Source: the human T2T-CHM13v2.0 reference genome, Homo sapiens. From it: a DNA stretch of 64,000 nt. This document shows, piece after piece, positions 15,125 through 36,389 of the stretch (positions within the stretch are counted from its first letter, which is position 1; each line of letters begins with the position of its first letter). Position numbers and translations under genes: made by a program. The stretch lies in assembly GCF_009914755.1 (NCBI RefSeq), contig NC_060927.1; one strand, written 5' to 3'. Under the pieces are notes generated by a model. It made no database searches, was not told where the DNA came from, and saw nothing but the letters and a program-made list of their open reading frames with translations.

Positions 15125-15226
15125 GTAAGTAGGCAAAAATTTAATGATAAAGTTCTTAGCATTTTGTTTACATTTTGTGGTAACTATCAAGCTGGGTGGG
15201 AAGACTGTCACGAAAAGTTTAGATGA

Positions 15227-15805
<579 letters not shown>

Positions 15806-16413
15806 TTATTCTTCATGTCAAACTTTTCTCTGTTTGTTTTCTCATCTTCCCTTCCCTACCTTTATCTTTAATAAACAGACCCTGAGTCTCTAGCCCTTAG
15901 TGGTCCTTCTTAGCATCGTATCTTGTTATCTGAACCAAAATTATATTAAAATGGTATATCTCAAGGTAGTAGTAGCTAGCGAATGTTAAGATGGCGAAGA
16001 CATGATATGTGCCCAGGGATGTTTGCATTTGAGCAGAAGACTGTGCTTTAGCCAAGGAAATGCTGCAAGTCCTTTGAGCTAGTAATTCTGCTTCTAATTC
16101 ATTTATATGGGAAATCCAGACCATAAGATGTTAATGTCAGTTGTTTTTTAATAGAAAAATATTGTAAACAAATAGTTTATGCAACATTACAGAATGGTTA
16201 AGTAAATTACAGTATATCCATACAGTAGAATATGATACAGCTATCAAAAATTTTTAGTTTTTAGTGACATAGTAAAACGGTTACAATGTTAAGTAAAAAA
16301 CAAAAAAAGTGGGATACAAAACTATACATACGGATTTATTTAAATATGTAAAATAAATGTAAATACAAAAAGTGATGGAAAACAAATTATGACAAAATAT
16401 AGAATGTAGTTAA

Positions 16414-16659
<246 letters not shown>

Positions 16660-16815
16660 TGATCTCAGGTGATCCACCCACCTTGGCCTTCCAAAGTGCT
16701 GGTATTACAGGTGTAAGCCACTGCATCCGGCCGCTTTTTCTGATTCTTTATATTTTTTGGAAGTTTTTGATATTTCCCGAGTTTTCTAATTGAGCATGCA
16801 TTTATTTTATAATTG

Positions 16816-17430
16816 GAGAAAAAAGTAAAAAGGACACTATCAAGAGAGTAAAAATACAACCCACAGAATGAGAGAAAATATTTGCAAATCATGTATCTGA
16901 TAAGAGTTTAACATGCAGAATATATAAAGAACCTCTTTTTGTTCATAAAATAACAAGTATTAGAAAGGGCATGGAGAAATTAGAACTTTTGTACATTGCT
17001 GGTAGGACTGTAAAATGCTGCAGCCATTATAGAAAATAATTTGGCAATTTCTGAAAAACTTAACTATAGAATTACTATGTGACCCAGAAGTTGCACTCTT
17101 AGGTATATGCCCAAAAGAACTGGAAATGCATATTCAAACACGTGTTTATACATGAATTTCTATAGCAGCAAAATTCATAATAGCCAGAAAGTCAAAACAA
17201 CCCAAGTGTCTATCAATAGGTGAATGGATAAACAAAATGTGCTATTATATATACACAATGAAACACTGTTCACCCTTTAAAAAGAATGAAATTCTGATAC
17301 ATGCTACAATGTGGATGAAGCTTGAAAATATTATGTTAAGTGAAATAAGCCAGACACACACAAAAAATATTGTATGATTCCACTTATATAAAACACCTAG
17401 AATAGGCAAATTCAGTCAGAGACTATTGGA
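16816..17430 (+). mobile_element. L1MB-type ORF2/3' UTR remnant
   Basis: CAACCCACAGAATGAGAGAAAATATTTGCAAATCATGTATCTGATAAG ... ATGTTAAGTGAAATAAGCCAGACAC. Confidence 0.85.
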
Positions 17431-17446
17431 GTTGCTAGAAATGTAA

Positions 17447-17631
<185 letters not shown>

Positions 17632-18162
17632 TAGTAGAGATGAGGTTTCTCCATGTTGGTCAGGCTGGTCTCGAACTCCCAACCTCAGGTGATCCGCCTG
17701 CCTCAGCCTCCCAAAGTGACTTATCACACAGCACCTGGCTATGTTTGTTTATTATTCTTTTTTCCCCTCACTTCTGGAGACCTAGGCATAGGTCTTTCTA
17801 TTTGTTTGTTCTATTTGTTTGTTCTATTTGTTTTTCTCCCTCTGTTTTTAAATTATGAAATCATGTCGAGTCAAAAATTAACTTAGAATGCTGTTCTAAT
17901 AACATTATATGGAATTCTCATTTTTGTTATTTTGTTTTTTTTTTCCTTATCCAAGAAAGACCCTAACTTTATTGGCAAGCATGTTTATATTTCCAAGTAT
18001 ATTGTTTTTGTTTGTTTAAACATGTTATGAATTTTTAGAGATTATTTTTTCTTTTTGGTGCTGAGGTGAAAGAACATACCCTGTATTGTTTCTGCTTTGT
18101 AAAATGTATTGGATCTTTTTGTGACCTGGTGTAAAAACAATTAAAAATATTTGTATGATACT

Positions 18163-18545
<383 letters not shown>

Positions 18546-19303
18546 CAAATTAGTATGATACTTATGAAAGTATCATTTAAAATCATATGTAGCATATGAA
18601 AATACCATTTAAATAAATCTTTAATATGTTATTCAAATCTTCTATGTTCTTGTTTATTTTTTATTCACTTGCCCTGTCTTAGATTTGTAATTGCATACTA
18701 AATTTTCCCACCATATTATTTCTATCCATTTCTATTCACGTGTAATTTTTTCTACTTTAGGTATTTTGATTCCATGCCTTCTGGTCTATGCTTTTGAAAA
18801 ATAAAATGATCATTTTTACTACCTTTAGGAATGAGTGTTTTGTTCTCGTGAATTTTACTTTGTCCAATATTACTAATACTGTAGTTCCTGCTACGTTTAT
18901 ATTTGTCTCACGTAGCTTTGTTCATCTGTTATTTTTAAGCTTTATACATTGTTTTTATCATAAGATGATTCTTGAAACTGTAATACATTGATTTGGTGTT
19001 TTAACAGTGTGAAAGTCTTACCTTATTTTTTTAGAAATTTACCTTTTTACTTACATGGCTGTTATTTCTGTACTAGATCTTCCTGCTTTCCATGTGCTCA
19101 TGTATATGCATGTATTTGTTGATGCTATTGATACTATTACCTTAGTATCTCTTTTGCAGTAAGACTATGTTTTGCTTCTTTCTTTTTTTTCTATGCAATG
19201 ATTTGGAAAGTACACGTCCTATTCTTCAATTTTACTAGTTGTTTACTTTTAAGACTCTAAAAAATGTTTTTAACTGAGCACTTATATGCTTTTTAAAAAC
19301 CAG

Positions 19304-19388
19304 GATACCGGTGAATGTACAGATAATGCATACATCGATATTCAGCTACGAATTGCTTCCTTCTCACAGAACTGTGACATTTATCCAG
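19304..19388 (+). CDS. KNG1: Kininogen-1 exon 6
   Basis: aaccag|GAT...CCAG|gtaagg; 85 nt; DTGECTDNAYIDIQLRIASFSQNCDIYP. Confidence 0.98.
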
Positions 19389-20260
19389 GTAAGGAATAAC
19401 ACATGTTGGCACCGCAATAGAGGAATAGTGGTCCCAGACAACTGGCTGAGTCTTTTCCTATAAGTTGGGTTTTGGTTCCCGTGATATACTCCAAAGTCTG
19501 TGTAACCTGCAGACACAGATGCACCCCTTGATGAGAACACTGTACCCCTTCGCTGCCCAGTTGTGCTGCAGCTCAGACTGTTCTTGTCAGAATGGTTTAT
19601 GAAGACAGAAGGGAAATGTATGACCCCTGGGCAAAGTTGGCCTTTGGGTACAATGCCATCTGGTCTCTCTTCTCTGTAAGTTGTCCTTAAGTCAGATGTT
19701 GTAAGTTGAAGAGACCTGTATTTTATTTCTAAGCACTCAGAACAAAACCCTTTCAATTAAGGTGGTTTTTTCCTGCATGTTATAATGGGAAGAAATGGAG
19801 ATAGTGTGAGTTTGTGGTCAGGTCAGTGTTTCTTATAACAAGGGTGTGCTTTTCTCATAGTTGGAAAACGTTTGTATGCGTTCCATGAGTAGTCTGAAGC
19901 TGCCTGTTCATCAGAACCATAGCACTTAAACTTTTCTCATGAGAGTCACTCCTTTAAATTAAGCATTGCTTTTTACAGTTTCCATCAAAAATGCAAAAAT
20001 TCAGGAAAAGTGTAGCGTTTTGTTGGAGTTACTCGCACTTTCCTATTGAAAATGTTTCCCTAAGTACACTGTGCTCTGAGGAGGAGAAAAGAAGAGAGGC
20101 AGGAAGTGAAAGTCAGACAGACAACCTTCCCCCACTCACTACTGGGCCTGGGCTCCCATGTAGCCCCTTATACATGTGGATGCTGGTTCTTGTGCAGGAG
20201 GGATGCTAGGCCAGGCTGCTACTTCAGTGTACATGTTGACTTAAAACCTGATCCTTTCAG

Positions 20261-20433
20261 GGAAGGATTTTGTACAACCACCTACCAAGATTTGCGTGGG
20301 CTGCCCCAGAGATATACCCACCAACAGCCCAGAGCTGGAGGAGACACTGACTCACACCATCACAAAGCTTAATGCAGAGAATAACGCAACTTTCTATTTC
20401 AAGATTGACAATGTGAAAAAAGCAAGAGTACAG
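20261..20433 (+). CDS. KNG1: Kininogen-1 exon 7 (start of D3)
   Basis: ctttcag|GGAAG...CAG|gtgtgt; 173 nt; KDFVQPPTKICVGCPRDIPTNSPELEETLTHTITKLNAENNATFYFKIDNVKKARVQ. Confidence 0.99.
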
Positions 20434-20725
20434 GTGTGTAAACTATACTACAAAAGCAGTAACACTATAGTCTATGTGCAAATTGCTGACTAATTTTGCC
20501 ACTGATCTTGGCTCTGGATTGGGAAACCATACATTTGATAATGTGATTTGGTGCATTAGATTTGGTAAATTAAGTGCCAATCTCCCTGTATGCTTCATCC
20601 CGGACAAGTATTTTACAACATTCTCTCTGTTTTCTATATGTAAAGGACTGAGGTGAGGATCAAATAAGTTAATATATGTCAAATCACTTTTTCAAACTCT
20701 AAAATGCTATATAAATACAATAGCA

Positions 20726-26633
<5,908 letters not shown>

Positions 26634-26853
26634 TTATTTCTTCCCCCACTTAGAAAAGGAAATGGGACCAACCGATAGCCAAATATTTTAAATATGCATG
26701 CCAAGCTTTAATGCCAAACGTGTACTTTTTTGTATGTAACTCTCTAAGTTGGTCAATTAAAATTTCAAGATTCTCCCTTAACATTTCTTAAAGATAAATG
26801 ATTTATTATGCAAATATTTTTAAGCGTTTACTTTGTACTAATTAATTTTTCAG

Positions 26854-26961
26854 GTGGTGGCTGGCAAGAAATATTTTATTGACTTCGTGGCCAGGGAAAC
26901 CACATGTTCCAAGGAAAGTAATGAAGAGTTGACCGAAAGCTGTGAGACCAAAAAACTTGGC
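26854..26961 (+). CDS. KNG1: Kininogen-1 exon 8 (completes the QVVAG motif of D3)
   Basis: ttttcag|GTG...GGC|gtgagt; 108 nt; VVAGKKYFIDFVARETTCSKESNEELTESCETKKLG. Confidence 0.99.
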
Positions 26962-27082
26962 GTGAGTAGTCATGCACCTGTCTACTTTTTCACTGGAAGC
27001 CTATTTGATGTTTTTAGAATCATTTGTTTAAATGTCTCGTGAATAACACTGTCTCTCTTTCGACTTCTGTTTTCATGGATAG

Positions 27083-27169
27083 CAAAGCCTAGATTGCAAC
27101 GCTGAAGTTTATGTGGTACCCTGGGAGAAAAAAATTTACCCTACTGTCAACTGTCAACCACTGGGAATG
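27083..27169 (+). CDS. KNG1: Kininogen-1 exon 9
   Basis: ggatag|CAA...ATG|gtatga; 87 nt; QSLDCNAEVYVVPWEKKIYPTVNCQPLGM (cystatin PW motif). Confidence 0.98.
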
Positions 27170-27696
27170 GTATGATTCTAATTACAGTCAGCGTGGGGTC
27201 AGTTCTGCTCATTCTGAAAATCCATATTTGGGGGCTGAAAATGAACCATTACTGAAATGAATTGGGGAGCTATCTTTTTTAAATGGGGAGTAACTCTCAC
27301 ACTTCTGTGCTGATCTCTGTTTAATGGCTAGAAAGAAGAGTAACAATCCTCCTGATCACTTCTCACACATTGTCAGTGTCTCAGTGAAGCTTCTATAGAC
27401 TCTCTCCTAGTGCACTGCAGTCCTGCTGTGGGGGAGCAACATTGGCTATGCCAGGTGTACCTGAGGCCAGATACAGCACTCCACTGCATTCTGCTGACAT
27501 GCAAGGACCATGTGAAAAATGCATGGCTGGGCGCGGTGGCTCACGCCTGTTATCCCAGCACTTTGGGAGGCTGAAGCAGGCAGATCACCTGAGGTCAGGA
27601 GTTTGAGACTAGCCTGGCCAACATGGTGAAACCCTGTCTCTACTGAAAATACAACAATTAGCTGGGTGTGGTGGCGCCTGTAATCCCAGCTACTCA

Positions 27697-27849
<153 letters not shown>

Positions 27850-28641
27850 TCACAGCTACCGAATTTTAACCAGATCCCCAGGGGATTCATATGCATGAAT
27901 CAAGTTTGAAAAGCATTCGTTGATGTCATCTTTCTTTTTTAAGTCTTAAAAGAACTCTGGGAGGTAGTAACACTTTCCCTATTGTCAAGGATGAGACACT
28001 AAAAATTAGAAAGACTCTGAGGTCCTGAGTGAATAATGACATTATCAAATGCTTCCTCTGTCCCAGGCACTATACTGAAGGTTTCACCCACATTTTCGAG
28101 TCCTCCTTATAACTCTGTGAGGCAGGTGCTGTTATTATTTCTATTTTACAGAAAGGAAAAGTGAAGCTGATGGCACTTGGATTCAAATCTTGGTCAATTC
28201 AGAGTCTACCCTTTCCATCACGATGCTGATTACCAGTAGGGTCTGGCCGGACTCCAATGACCATGTTCTTTGCATCACCAGACACTGTTTCCAATTAACA
28301 CATTCTCACAGGTAGCAAAAGTGTAGGTAGAATTAATCCACAGATCGACATATTTGAAGCAGGTTACCTCTTTTCCCTCTTTTCTGATTTGGTCTTTTGT
28401 CATGTGTAGGTATGTAGATGGTGTAACACAAACATTGTCCTCAGGTTGCATTTCAAGCTTGCGAATATGTCCTAATGTGCTTCAGCACAACAAAGTGATC
28501 ATGGATACATGCTCCCTATATATTCAGTTCATAAAGCCACTTAGGGCCTTTTAGGATAAAAGCAGTGATGGTGGTAATAACAGTAGTATCAATAATTAAA
28601 TACTGTGCTCAGTAAAAACATAGGCTCAGAAGCTACCCTAG

Positions 28642-28985
<344 letters not shown>

Positions 28986-29276
28986 TGATCTGCTCGCCTT
29001 GGTCTCCCAAAGTGCTGAGATTACAGGTGTGAGCCACCATGCCTGGCTATTTTATGGTATTATTAACAACAATAATTAATGTCCACAAATTTTAAGATCA
29101 ATCAAAAGACAAAAAAAATTATTCATCCTTTCTGGAATGTTAATATAGCATTTAAAATCTGGCAAACACCTCCCCCATTGTAAACTAAGATAGCATTGCC
29201 AGATCTCAGTGTTTTTTTCTATCATCAATAGCATGATTTTTGCAGTAATACATTCATCTTAATATTTTCTGTTTAG

Positions 29277-29354
29277 ATCTCACTGATGAAAAGGCCTCCA
29301 GGTTTTTCACCTTTCCGATCATCACGAATAGGGGAAATAAAAGAAGAAACAACT
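29277..29354 (+). CDS. KNG1: Exon 10 shared part used by LMW kininogen (internal 5' splice site)
   Basis: ACT|GTAAGT donor at 29355; 78 nt; ISLMKRPPGFSPFRSSRIGEIKEETT. Confidence 0.97.
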
Positions 29355-30086
29355 GTAAGTCCACCCCACACTTCCATGGCACCTGCACAAGATGAAGAGC
29401 GGGATTCAGGAAAAGAACAAGGGCATACTCGTAGACATGACTGGGGCCATGAAAAACAAAGAAAACATAATCTTGGCCATGGCCATAAACATGAACGTGA
29501 CCAAGGGCATGGGCACCAAAGAGGACATGGCCTTGGCCATGGACACGAACAACAGCATGGTCTTGGTCATGGACATAAGTTCAAACTTGATGATGATCTT
29601 GAACACCAAGGGGGCCATGTCCTTGACCATGGACATAAGCATAAGCATGGTCATGGCCACGGAAAACATAAAAATAAAGGCAAAAAGAATGGAAAGCACA
29701 ATGGTTGGAAAACAGAGCATTTGGCAAGCTCTTCTGAAGACAGTACTACACCTTCTGCACAGACACAAGAGAAGACAGAAGGGCCAACACCCATCCCTTC
29801 CCTAGCCAAGCCAGGTGTAACAGTTACCTTTTCTGACTTTCAGGACTCTGATCTCATTGCAACTATGATGCCTCCTATATCACCAGCTCCCACACAGAGT
29901 GATGACGATTGGATCCCTGATATCCAGATAGACCCAAATGGCCTTTCATTTAACCCAATATCAGATTTTCCAGACACGACCTCCCCAAAATGTCCTGGAC
30001 GCCCCTGGAAGTCAGTTAGTGAAATTAATCCAACCACACAAATGAAAGAATCTTATTATTTCGATCTCACTGATGGCCTTTCTTAA
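29277..30086 (+). CDS. KNG1: Kininogen-1 exon 10, HMW form (bradykinin, His/Gly/Lys-rich D5, prekallikrein/FXI-binding D6); exons 1-10 total 1935 nt = 644 aa + stop
   Basis: gtttag|ATC TCA CTG ATG AAA AGG...; ORF ends ...YYFDLTDGLS TAA; exon lengths sum in frame. Confidence 0.99.
   Translation: MSLMKRPPGFSPFRSSRIGEIKEETTVSPPHTSMAPAQDEERDSGKEQGHTRRHDWGHEKQRKHNLGHGHKHERDQGHGHQRGHGLGHGHEQQHGLGHGHKFKLDDDLEHQGGHVLDHGHKHKHGHGHGKHKNKGKKNGKHNGWKTEHLASSSEDSTTPSAQTQEKTEGPTPIPSLAKPGVTVTFSDFQDSDLIATMMPPISPAPTQSDDDWIPDIQIDPNGLSFNPISDFPDTTSPKCPGRPWKSVSEINPTTQMKESYYFDLTDGLS
29292..29318 (+). other. KNG1: Bradykinin coding segment RPPGFSPFR (kallidin from 29289)
   Basis: AGG CCT CCA GGT TTT TCA CCT TTC CGA. 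Confidence 0.99.
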
Positions 30087-30441
30087 TTTAAGTGGCTATG
30101 GGTATTTCTTTCATACTTTATTAAAGTATCAATATCCCTCTCTCCATTGTCCAGATGAAAATATCCTGATATAATGCACCAAAAACCATGCAGCTTCGGA
30201 ACAGTCTAAAGAGAAGTGGTGAGACTCCCAGTGGAGACACCATCAGTCTCCACGGACTGCATAAAATTGTGTGCCACAATTCTAACTCTTTTCTGAATCT
30301 TCTTCCCAAGTTTTCTAAACTAGCACAGTAAACAGACAAACTAATGTGCCGTATGGCCTGCTGCAATTGGCTTCTCTGATAACAAATATGTACCTTACAA
30401 CATATGTCATGAATTTGCATACAAAGATTCTTGTCATTCTT

Positions 30442-30447
30442 AATAAA
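30442..30447 (+). terminator. KNG1: AATAAA poly(A) signal, likely for the HMW kininogen mRNA
   Basis: Canonical hexamer ~355 nt after the HMW stop, followed by GT-rich sequence. Confidence 0.7.
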
Positions 30448-30500
30448 CTGTGGCACTTGGTATTTGAATGTGTGTGAAAATAAGGGAAGTCAAGAGATTA

Positions 30501-30620
<120 letters not shown>

Positions 30621-31459
30621 TCAGAGCAAGATTCTGTCTCAGAAAAAAAGAAAAAAAAAGAAATAATAAGAAAAACTTCCAGATTTCAAAGTAACAAGAA
30701 AGAAGACAGGTTGGCCAAAGGGAGGAAAGGGGGGACATAAATTAATTGACTTTCTATTCCCAAAATGGGCTAGTTATATCAAATAAATACTCCCACTGCC
30801 CTTTCTGAGTGAGAGTGTTTCTCATAAGTCAAAAATTTCTGTTTACTCATTAACTACTCTTTGCAACAGGCTTTCATATAGAAGTATTCTGTTTATTTTT
30901 GCTGAGCCTAGATTGAGTAATTCTTAGTTTACAGAAGCTCCGAGCTTAATGATAAGGATGAAAAGCAGAGGGAGCAATATAGAAGCAGGCTTGCTAATAA
31001 AACTTTTTAAATAATTGACAAGGGAATATTATGGAATGTGATGCAAAGTTTGTTCCGAAATTTTATGAGGAAATTACTCTCTAGTCTCACTTTATAGTCT
31101 TTTTGCTATGACTTTGAAGACCATTGATTTTTGAGAAGCAGAATAATAGGATTGCCTTTCATTGCCCTATAGTGCAAAGAAGGTATATGCTTTATAACCA
31201 ATGTTGTACTTTTGCCTAGAAAAACAAGATATGGCTTTAAATAGCTACAATCATCTTTGGATGTATATGTCACTGCTGCTTCAAGTTATTGGATGCATTT
31301 GAACCTCTGAGTTTGTCTTTCATTTTAAATATTGTCTGTTCTTTTAAATAAACAACCACAGATGTCAGGAAAAAGTCTTACCTTGTCAACTGGTTGCTCC
31401 ACTTTTTAAAAATGATTGAATGATAACATCATATTAACTGCGTTTTACTATACTTACAG

Positions 31460-31540
31460 AGTCACCTAAGGTCCTGCGAGTACAAGGGTCGACCCCCAAA
31501 GGCAGGGGCAGAGCCAGCATCTGAGAGGGAGGTCTCTTGA
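31460..31540 (+). CDS. KNG1: Kininogen-1 exon 11, LMW-specific C-terminus (427-aa isoform)
   Basis: ttacag|AGT CAC CTA AGG...TCT TGA; SHLRSCEYKGRPPKAGAEPASEREVS*. Confidence 0.98.
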   Translation, partial: SHLRSCEYKGRPPKAGAEPASEREVS

Positions 31541-31677
31541 CCAATGGGCAGAATCTTCACTCCAGGCACATAGCCCCAACCACCTCTGCCAGCAACCTTG
31601 AGAGGAAGGACAAGAAGAAAGATGGGATAGAATTTAAATAGAGAAGAATGCCATTTTATCACTCTGCCTCTGGGTGA

Positions 31678-31683
31678 AATAAA
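31678..31683 (+). terminator. KNG1: AATAAA poly(A) signal, likely for the LMW kininogen mRNA
   Basis: Canonical hexamer ~140 nt after the LMW stop. Confidence 0.75.
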
Positions 31684-32314
31684 GATCAGTCTTGATGTTC
31701 TAACTCTAATTCACAGTGGTCTCCTTTCAGCCCTACCCATTCTGCAGCAAATTCCAGCTGGTCAGAGAGTCAGTGCTGTGGCTCTGCCATGGAGGCTCAT
31801 AACCCAACACTGGAACATTCCCTAGCCAAGGCAGAAGTCCTTAGGCGGGACTTCCTTACCACCACGGGTGCTAAAAGAAGAGTTAGTAGGTCATGCTTCT
31901 ACCAGTAATCTAAGGACTCTCTCCTTCTCTTCTTCCTCTTTCTCCAGATTTCCAAGCCTTAGCTAAGAGTAATTTGGCTTGTTTAGTATTGTTTTCTTAT
32001 GGTCCAGTTAATTACCAAAAATATTTTTAAAATCATCTCTGTTAATAGAATGTCTACCAACTTCTCACTATCAGAAAATACTCAACCTCCAAACAATTTG
32101 AAATTATCTTTCTGATCCAGGTAAAGAAGCAAATTGAAAATCAATAAAGTAAAAAGTGACGGAGATTTTAAATTTTCTGTAATAAAAACACTTATTGGGT
32201 TGGGCATGGTGGCTCACGCCTGTAATCCCAGCACTTTGGGAGGCCGAGGTGGGTGGATGACCTGGCGTCAGGAGTTCGAGACCAGCCTGGCCACATGTCG
32301 AAACTCCATGTCTA

Positions 32315-32596
<282 letters not shown>

Positions 32597-33479
32597 TTAC
32601 AAGGAAACTGTAGTTCACAGTGCCCTGCCCAGGGTCATATAGTTAATAAGTGGCAGGGCTGGCATTCAGACTTAGACCTTTTGAACTCCATTACACCATG
32701 TCATCTGAAGGCTTTATTATTAATGTTGTCATTACAAAAGACACACCAAGTCACTGACTACAGTCACAGAGACCCAATAAATTAAAAAAAAAAAAGGCAT
32801 GCCAAGATAATGTCTGACTCTGAGAGGATCCTTGTCTCAATCCAAAATATCCTTATTAAATACCTAATTGTGGCTGGTGCTGTTCTGTGTATTGGTCAGG
32901 ATAAACTGAGTTAAGCAGCAGTCACTAACTATTTACCATATGCTTCGCATGAGGTCCTGAGAGGAAAAGAAAGAAATTTTAAAAGACATAAATCCTTTCC
33001 CTCAAAGATCTTGCAATCCCATTGGCAAGTCAAGATGAAAGCATACGGAACAAAGATTTGATCCAGGCTGCAGTCTTTTGTGCAACAGTGAGTGAATGCA
33101 ACCAATGTGACTGGAAGAAGTTGACTAGGTAGAGGGATCAGCTGTGAAAGGTAGTATGAAGCCCAGCTGGGAGTCTAGGCTGAAATATGCAGTAGAGTTC
33201 CTTCTACAGTCTTTGCCATACTCAGAGGGAGTTTGAGATAGATGATTCTGAAGGTTCTGGGTAGGGTGGATCAGAATGGGAAGAGAATGGAGTCAGGGTT
33301 CTGTTCTGGGTATTTCCTGACAATCATGTTTTAGCAGAAAAATAACGACTCAGGGCTGATATATAAAGCCTATACCTCTCAGCTTACTCAACAACATGAA
33401 GTATTTCCACTTCAGGCCTTTGTTAGGTAACATAAACATGAGTTTCCCGTGACCCAGAAACTAACTTTCTTATTTTTTA

Positions 33480-33812
<333 letters not shown>

Positions 33813-34468
33813 CTACCAAGCCAAAGTCACACCCCAAGTGTCTGGCCCTGGCTCTGGGGCCACACAGCTACATCGCTCCGTGCTTCTCTTCAGGGCAGGC
33901 ATTTCCTGTCGTCGAGTCCAACCCACATTCCTCACATTGTCTACGCCTAGTTCCTCAAACAGGAGGCCCCTATTGGCTTTTTACTCCACTCTCCACTTCC
34001 TGCTTCTAAGCCTGGTTCCAAGGGAGTTAACTCACAGAAAGACACATGCTTTTCGGCCTCACCCCAGTCTGTCCGGCGCCCATGCTCCCCTTCTGCTCAT
34101 ACTCTGTACATTCACCTCGCGGGAAAGCCCAGACTCCCAAGGCTCCTCTGAGAAGATTTGAGAGGATCCAGCAGCTATATTTAAAACTCACTCTTCCAGA
34201 AGCCCAGTGTCTCTCTCTCTATATTAAGATAGATGATCAAAAGCCAAAATGCCACTTCAACATCTTGCAAAAATGCTATGTTAAATTATTTAAGGTTGGC
34301 TGGGTGTAGTGGCTCACACCTGTAATCCCAGCACTTTGGGAGGCTGAGGCGGGTGGATCACCTGAGCTTGGGAGTTCGAGACCAGCCTGACTAACATGGA
34401 GAAACCTCGTCTCTGCTAAAAATATAAAATTATCCGAGTGTGGTGGCACATGCCTGTAATCCCAGCTA

Positions 34469-34576
<108 letters not shown>

Positions 34577-35207
34577 TCAAAAAACAACAACAAAAAATTA
34601 TTTAAGTTATACTTTCATCTTTTATTTCATAAGAATTTCCATTTGAACACCATTCTGTCTTTTGCAAAACTTTGAGGTATTGCCCAGTGTATCACATTTG
34701 AGGCAGTATAGTGAGGTGGTTAAAAACCAGAGTTCTGTAGTTACAGCCTGAGTCTAAAAACTGCCAATTTGCTTAACTTCCCAGTTTAAATTCTCAAAGT
34801 CCCAGTTTCCCCATGCAAAATATTACTTTAATAATGTACTTACCTCATGGGGTGTTATGAGAATTAAAAGAGATAAATTCTTGGCCAGGCACAGTGGCTC
34901 ACGCCTGTAATCCCAGCATTTTGGCAGGCCGAGGCAGGCGGATCATCTGAGGTCAGGTGTTCGAAACCAGCCTGGCCAACATGGCAAAATCCCGACTTTA
35001 CCAAAAAATACAAAAAGTAGCTGGGTGTGTGGTGGCGGATGCCTGTAATCCCAGCTACTCGGGAGGCTGAGTCAGGAGAATTGCTTCAAGCTGGGAGGTG
35101 GAGCAATTCATACAAAGTACATACAACATACAAAGTAAGAATAGGGCCGGGCATGGTGGCTCATGCCTGTAATCCCAGCACTTTGGGAGGCTGAGGCGGC
35201 TGGATCA

Positions 35208-35586
<379 letters not shown>

Positions 35587-35894
35587 CTAACAGGGCAAGA
35601 GTCTTCCAAAGATTTCTCCACTAACTCCCCTGTGCAGTCCCTTGGCAGCTATATGTACCTGTCCAGTTTTCCCTAAAAGCTCTGACTTGTCCAGGAGCAC
35701 CAATGCTTTTGGAAGGCTAATGAATAACCTTCTTCAGATCCTCCAACTCCCTTTCCCTGGACCTTATTTTCCTAGCTCCTCCCACAATGGCATTAGATTT
35801 AGATAAATCTCCTATGCCATAGGATTCACAGTGGTTCTGCTTCCTTGATGAAACCTTGACTGATGCACCAGCCTTTTTTTTCACCCTATCAATT

Positions 35895-36389
35895 TGTTAC
35901 CAAAACACCAAGGGTTAGGTCTAGGCTCTGCTGCTTGCCACACAGAAAGCCAATCACTGACACGAGTGTTGCCAGTTAAGAAGGCTTTAATTGGGTGCTG
36001 CAGCCAAGGAGATGGGAGATCAGTCTCAAATCCATCTCCCTGACTGGCTAAAATTAGGGGATTATATAGCAGGGAAGAAATGTAACTACGTACAGGAAAA
36101 CAGGAATTAGGGAGGGGTAAGGAAGAGGAGCTGTTCAACAGGAAGCAGGTAGCCACTTAGGCAACCATGGTAGGTGAGGAGTCTGATGTCTTATTGCCTA
36201 GATGCAGTGATCTGGTAAGTTTCAGTTTATTGACACTATCTAGGAAGCCTGATGGTTGGATGCCTGAGAAAGAAACTGAGCAAAGACAAATGTAACTTCC
36301 TCAAGTTTCAAGACTGGGAGGATCAGTTTCTATGTTTATTCAAAAGAAGCCATAAATATCAGTTCTATGGGACAATTGGACCAGTTTCA
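35895..36389 (-). mobile_element. ERV1-class solo LTR (MER66-like)
   Basis: Minus strand begins TGAAACTGGTCCAATTGTCCCATAGAACTGAT and ends ...GGTGTTTTGGTAACA (TG...CA), with TATATAA and ATTAAA on the minus strand. Subfamily from recall. Confidence 0.75.

Noticed and set aside
29392-29805. 137-aa Met-rich alternative-frame ORF and 120-aa antisense ORF over exon 10
   Set aside because: By-product of repeated CATGG (His-Gly) codons in D5; no sign of a separate gene.
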